A stretch of 64,000 nt of DNA from Owenia fusiformis (taxonomy: Eukaryota). Every line of letters begins with the position of its first letter. The stretch's first letter is position 1. The translations under genes were made by a program, and so were the position numbers. Positions 59,501 through 64,000 of the stretch are shown here, piece after piece. The notes beneath the pieces are model-generated. The model did not search any database, was not told the DNA's origin, and was given only the letters and a program-made list of their open reading frames with translations. The DNA lies in assembly GCA_903813345.2 (NCBI GenBank), contig CAIIXF020000001.1:14694001-14758000 (forward strand). The letters run 5' to 3'.

Positions 59501-61852
59501 AAGCTACAATGGGAGTCTCTGGAGCAGAGAAGACAACAACAACGGCTCACCATGCTCTATAAAATCAACAATAGCCTAGTTGGAATTCCCAAGGACCAAT
59601 ATCTTGAACCCCCCTCCCACAATAGACCCAGACGATTACAAGTAACTAACAGCCAAGCCTTTGTCCGTCACAGATACAACAAAGATGTCACTTTGCAGTC
59701 TTTCTTCCCAAATACAATCAGGGAATGGAACTCACTTCCAGAATCAATAGTGACAGCGGGAACATTAGAAGGCTTTAAAACCACGCTGGGTTCTTACTAC
59801 CAAAACCCCATTCCTTAACTCTTACTGTTGTGTAACTGTTTTTAAACCGATTTTAACTTTACCTTTTACTCTAACACTGTTTTTATCTTTTACTATGCAT
59901 ACTAACCCGCGATGTAGTAATCAGTAAATGATTGAATCGTGTACTATGATGATGATGATGATGAATATAAGCTGAAATAATGATTATCTAGGGGGTTTCT
60001 TTGTAGAAAATAAAAATAGATGTTAGTCTTGATGAAATATCCAAACTTAAATATATTTTGACACTGTTCCATGATCGTTGAATGGCCCCTCTGCACTACT
60101 TGTTGCACCTTTAATACGCGCAATTCAACCAATGAAATTGTCTAAATTTTACAATCACGCGACCTGAGCATGGGACTAGAACCAATCACGTCAGTTGTTT
60201 ATTACGAAGTTACCATGCTTACGGTGAGATACCTGACTGCCGCAGTGATATATCACTGCACGCGAGTTCGCATCTGTGAATGTGGGGTTGATTTCACATA
60301 CTATCTATTGCAAGACTTACGCCTGCCACAACCGTCACCATGTTAATCAGTGTTTTTTAAGTAGCGCAAGGATCCTGCCATGACCGTGGTAGTGTTATCG
60401 TGTAAGCCTGGTATAACCGTGACAGGCTGGTATAACCGTGACAATGCTGTATTCTATTGCAAGGCCAATCATGACCCTGGAAGTGTTATCGTGGAAGCCT
60501 GGCGCGACCGTAGCCTTTATTGTGGTTTATAAGCGAATGTGAATATTAATGTATAGTAGTAATTTTGATTTTGACATGATTAAGGTAGTTAAACACCATG
60601 ATCATAGTATTAGACTGTTTAATTGTAATTAGGATCACTTAAAATTGTTAAGGATATTCCTGGCATTAATGTCATACATATTTACTAGTCATTGCAATAC
60701 ATTATAACGGTCATAGTAGAACTAAGCCTAAATCTCTATATTACCACCCTCATACCTGGCCTTGCAATACTATATTACATTGTCACGGTCATACCAGGCT
60801 TTGCGATCCCATAATACATTGTCATGGTCATGCCAGGTTTTCAAATACACATTGTCACGGTCAATTATAGCAATCATAAATTTCTACATCACCACTCTCA
60901 TACCCGAACTTGGAATACTATATCACATTGCCATGGCGGTCATACCAAGCCTTGCAATACTATATTACATTGCCATGGTCATACCAGGCTTTGCGATCCC
61001 ATAATACATTGTCATGGTCATGCCAGGTTTTCAAATACACATTGTCACGGTCAATTATAGCAATCATAAATTTCTACATCACCACTCTCATACCCGAACT
61101 TGGAATACTATATCACATTGCCATGGCGGTCATACCAAGCCTTGCAATACTATATTACATTGCCATGGTCATACCAGGCTTTGCGATCCCATAATACATT
61201 GTCATGGTCATGCCAGGTTTTCAAATACACATTGTCACGGTCAATTATAGCAATCATAAATTTCTACATCACCACTCTCATACCCGAACTTGGAATACTA
61301 TATCACATTGCCATGGCGGTCATACCAAGCCTTGCAATACTATATTACATTGCCATGGTCATGCCAGGCTTTGCAATACATATTGTCACGGTTATAGCAG
61401 TCCTAATCGTAAATTTCTACATTACCACTCTCATACCTGAACTTGCAATACTATATTACATTGTCACGGTCATGCCAGGCTTTGCAGTACTATATTACAT
61501 TGTTACGGTCATACCAAGCCTTGCAGAACTATATTACATTGTCACGGTCATGGCAGGCATTGCAATATAATACAGCATTGTCGCGGTTATACCAGGCTTT
61601 CACGATAACATTACCACGGTCATGGCAGGATCCTTGCGCTACTTAAAAAACACTGAATAACATAGTGACGGTTACGCCAGGCGTTAGTCTTGCAACAGAT
61701 AGGGTCTCGTTGATTTTCAATATCATGAAAAAAAATCTGCCTGCTTTAGAATTATTTCATATTGACTCACCTGTAATATAGACAATAATCAATGACTCTG
61801 TAGATTTTGCATGACTGATGGCGTCTGGAATAGAGCCCTCAAACCACTTCAT
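47510..61852 (-). CDS. UBXN4: UBX domain protein 4 (erasin), 11 exons, 504 aa
   Basis: Exons 61852-61771, 55483-55381, 55086-55058, 53056-52938, 52577-52300, 51732-51508, 51361-51239, 49575-49473, 48937-48806, 48389-48202, 47642-47510 (1515 nt, frame continuous). MKWFEGSIPDAI start, YPVLTVPSCYFIGENGVPLEV, coiled coil, UBX ARLQFRLPDGS..TFPRREF..LAPSA, hydrophobic membrane segment, C-terminal TYNGNSTQQQ. Confidence 0.95.
47714..47820. repeat. Short inverted-repeat element
   Basis: ctagccttgcccaaatcggt...accgacttgggcaaggctag. Confidence 0.7.
49902..51165. mobile_element. Palindromic Kolobok-like MITE carrying a nested element
   Basis: ttaaAGGAATATTCCTGGCC...GGCCAGGAATGTTCCTctaa; long inverted arms including atgtcatcgactctcaacttt / aaagttgagagtcgatgacatc. 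Confidence 0.75.
50398..51050. mobile_element. hAT-like MITE with TAG...CTA ends and 8-bp TSD
   Basis: TSD atcattat at 50390-50397 and 51051-51058; termini TAGTGGT / ACCACTA; CpG-rich subterminal ctcg/cgag motifs. Confidence 0.8.
53097..54315 (-). mobile_element. 5'-truncated L2/Crack-like (CR1 group) LINE with an in-frame stop
   Basis: CGIPQGSILGPLFFILYINDI, LFADDTN then a stop at 54126-54124, continuing in frame WLITNKLSLNADKT, FLGITIDQNLNW, AHSLPLFKQLNIL; (AATA)n-like 3' tail near 53097-53135. Confidence 0.9.
54407..54771. mobile_element. Kolobok-like MITE, uninterrupted copy (365 bp)
   Basis: ttaaAGAGGCAAT...ATTGCACCTttaa; colinear with the split copy at 58033-60110. Confidence 0.85.
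56780..57875. mobile_element. Probable non-autonomous element with palindromic ACCGACAATTGTCGGT subterminal arrays and internal direct repeats
   Basis: Palindrome or half-sites at about 56787, 56836, 56889, 57756, 57804, 57851; direct repeat acccattagatagaa at about 57210 and 57454. Exact ends and TSD are unresolved. Confidence 0.55.
57595..57668 (-). pseudogene. tRNA-like sequence (pseudo-tRNA or SINE head)
   Basis: A-box TAGCCTAGTGG and B-box GAGTTCGAATCC at tRNA spacing; acceptor and anticodon stems do not pair convincingly. Confidence 0.55.
58033..60110. mobile_element. Kolobok-like MITE split by a LINE
   Basis: ttaaAGGGGCAAT...GTTGCACCTttaa; both halves match 54407-54771. Confidence 0.85.
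58257..59962 (+). mobile_element. 5'-truncated CR1-group LINE with an uninterrupted RT ORF and (GAT)n tail
   Basis: ORF 58238-59818: KASGPDSI, NYRPVSLT, QHGFRSKRSCETQL, DFAKAFDKV, SGVPQGTVLGP, LFADD, YLGV. GC-richer than its flanks; tail tatgatgatgatgatgatg; imperfect TSD gaacata / gaatata. Confidence 0.93.
60295..61708. mobile_element. Zisupton-like non-autonomous element, copy 2 (opposite orientation)
   Basis: TSD gttgattt at 60287-60294 and 61709-61716. Ends CACATA-CTATCTATTGCAAGACT and AGTCTTGCAACAGATAG-GGTCTC. Inverted arms longer than 120 bp. Confidence 0.87.
60762..61560. repeat. 190-bp tandem array (three near-identical units plus diverged ones) built from about 35-bp subunits
   Basis: ttgcaatactatattacattg at 60762, 60952, 61142, 61332. 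Confidence 0.92.
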
Positions 61853-62519
61853 GTTGCTGTGAATAGACGAAAATTGATAAAATCAAAGTAACACGTATAC
61901 TTTGCGAGTTTGTTTTTGTTGCGAGAAGCAGCGAGAGGTCAAACGTGATAGTACGAGAACTTCCCTAGTTTGGCAATAATAATGAATTTTATAGTAAATC
62001 CATTTTGATTTATAAATCTTTGTATAGTAATGATGATAACAGATATAAAGTTATGGGATATAAATGCAGAACTTTGTATGAAAAACTGCATTTGAAATAT
62101 TTATAAAATCACGTGACATGGTCCGATCAAAATGGCGATTGACAATGACATATAAAAAAGCAAGTGCGATCGAAGTACAAAATAAGAATTATTCAATTTA
62201 TTGCGTTATTTTGACTTCGCAGATCAATTTGTGAAAGTAGCCAGTGAAGACTCAGTTAGTTTGAATGACCTTTTCAGCTGCAAGTTGAGCTCGCTGGTGT
62301 AGGTATGCTCTTTTCTCTACAAATTTACATAATTTTCTTCAAATCTCAATCTGAAATTGATTGGAAATTGAAAATAATGAAAATCTTCAAAATGAAATTA
62401 GACTTGAAAATCAAATAAGACACCACATGCAAAATATTTAAGCAAATATCATACCACATGTGCTGGAACCATGCACCATCCGAAATGCATAGTGATAGGG
62501 ATACTGAATTATATAATCA

Positions 62520-62900
62520 TTATCATAGGCGGAGGTTAGTACTATGATTTACTTCCTGCGAAAGATATGTGGATTTTGATATAATAGCTTTCTCACGGCG
62601 CACTTGAACAGCTGAATAATAGGGCACTTCAGTCAGAGAGCTGAAGTGTAACGAACCAGATGAAAACAACATCCGGTCGTAACTGATTGAAAAGGGTAAT
62701 CCCATTTCTGATACCACTGTAATGACCCATCGGGGAGTTGCAGTGTAACGAGCCAGATATTAGACTTGAAAGGGAGTGTGCTAAATCCAATGCCTGCCCA
62801 GTATGGGAATCGAACCCAGGACCTTCCAATCTTGAGTCAGATACTCTACTACCCCTGAGCCATAAAGACTCTAGCCACTACAACTGAGGCTGTAGTAGCG
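62520..62900 (-). mobile_element. tRNA-derived SINE-like element; boundaries approximate
   Basis: Minus strand reads TGGCTCAGGGGTAGTAGAGT...CCTGGGTTCGATTCCCATACTGGGCA (A and B boxes), followed by a body with two tg.agtgtaacga.ccagat repeats. Confidence 0.6.
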
Positions 62901-63107
62901 ACTTCCTTTCGAAGGTCATTACGTAATCACTGCAGGGTCCCTGGCAGTTGACAGATTTGGTTCAAATTTAATAGGCTTATGCCTTATTAAGGACCTCTTC
63001 TGGAAAAGGAATTTTCAATATGGCCACTCAATTTTAATTGACATCCATTTTTTGTAAAAAATGGAATCTTTGATAACTCAAATACATCGTTGACGAATTT
63101 GGTTCAA

Positions 63108-64000
63108 AGAATCGGTATCGATATGGTGAACTTTTTGAACACACGTTTCTCTTAAACCAGTCATGAAAAATTTCTGAAAATCTTACAAATTTTCAATTTA
63201 ATGGCAATCTTTTGAATGGTAACAAGATAATTTGAAATAGATATACATACTGTCATCTATATTGTTTTAAAAAACAGATCAAACACTAATTATTTTGTTC
63301 TTGGTATCATGTTTCCAGAGTGAAATGAAACATATTTCCGAACCTCATTGGAACAAAATGACATAAACACAACATGTTTAGGTCTCTCAATATTGTAATT
63401 GTACACTGAATGAAATTTTGGTTGATTTTAAAAAAGTATCTTGTTAATGGAATTAAAGGTTACTGTAAAACAGGTAATTTTGACACTGGGAAATTTTAGC
63501 GATTTTTCAATTTTAGGGGGTTTTAGCGCGGGAAATTTTAGCGAAATGAAGATTAATCTTTAAAAAATCAAATTAGAGAAATGCATTAGAAATTTTATCA
63601 TTTATGGCAGAAGAATGAATAACGGACATGACAGAGGAATTATCAAAATGTAAGACTTCTAACGCACATGGTATTGGTCCAAACTTCTGTAATCTCATCT
63701 GACTAATCACAAAATCACGAAAGATTGAAAGGAACATAAGATTTAAAAATATTTACCTTTTTCAAATTACAAACCGGAAGTCGAGCACTGAACGAAAAGC
63801 TCCTTAAATACAAGTATTCATGTAGTTTCCCGGGAATTTGCAAATTTTAGCGCCCGGTTTATTTTAACCCCGGTTTATTTTAGCGAATTGAATTTTTAGC
63901 GAAACTATAGCGATCGCTAACAATTACCCCTCGCTAACAATACCCGTTTTACAGTATTCTTGATTTTTATCTATTTTGGGGGGATTTTGTTTTAATTTTT
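63108..64000. mobile_element. Second copy of the 15627-18616 MITE, running off the window
   Basis: Colinear with 15627-15758 joined directly to 18014 onward. Confidence 0.88.
63463..63954. mobile_element. TA-flanked MITE nested in the 63108 element
   Basis: taCTGTAAAACAGGTAATT...AATACCCGTTTTACAGta, with subterminal ttttagcg repeats. Confidence 0.85.

Noticed and set aside
60762-61646. Repeated 78-156 aa ORFs
   Set aside because: By-products of the 190-bp tandem array inside a non-autonomous element.

Overview
AT-rich, intron-rich animal genomic DNA. An invertebrate origin is inferred from composition and repeat types; the species cannot be determined. Five complete multi-exon genes and one partial gene were assembled by hand from splice sites and frame continuity: NADK2-like exon 1 (-), head-to-head with SLC30A7/ZnT7 (+, 10 exons); a very large PRDM2/RIZ-like PR/SET zinc-finger gene (+, about 3154 aa, 7.9-kb last exon); an unnamed gene (-, 8 exons, about 621 aa) encoding an HLH-like segment, an HMG box and a CW zinc finger; TRAPPC5 (+, 7 exons); and UBXN4 (-, 11 exons). 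The HLH-HMG-CW gene is mostly invisible in the ORF track and is the top finding: it resembles the MEIOSIN/STRA8 architecture with an added histone-reader domain. Two introns are U12-type. Introns are packed with nested mobile elements: three 5'-truncated LINEs, many TTAA- and TA-flanked MITEs, a hAT-like MITE, tRNA-derived SINE-like heads, and two copies of an element with 8-bp TSDs whose inverted repeats start 6 nt inside asymmetric ends (Zisupton-like). Homology calls come from recalled protein sequences, not from database searches.
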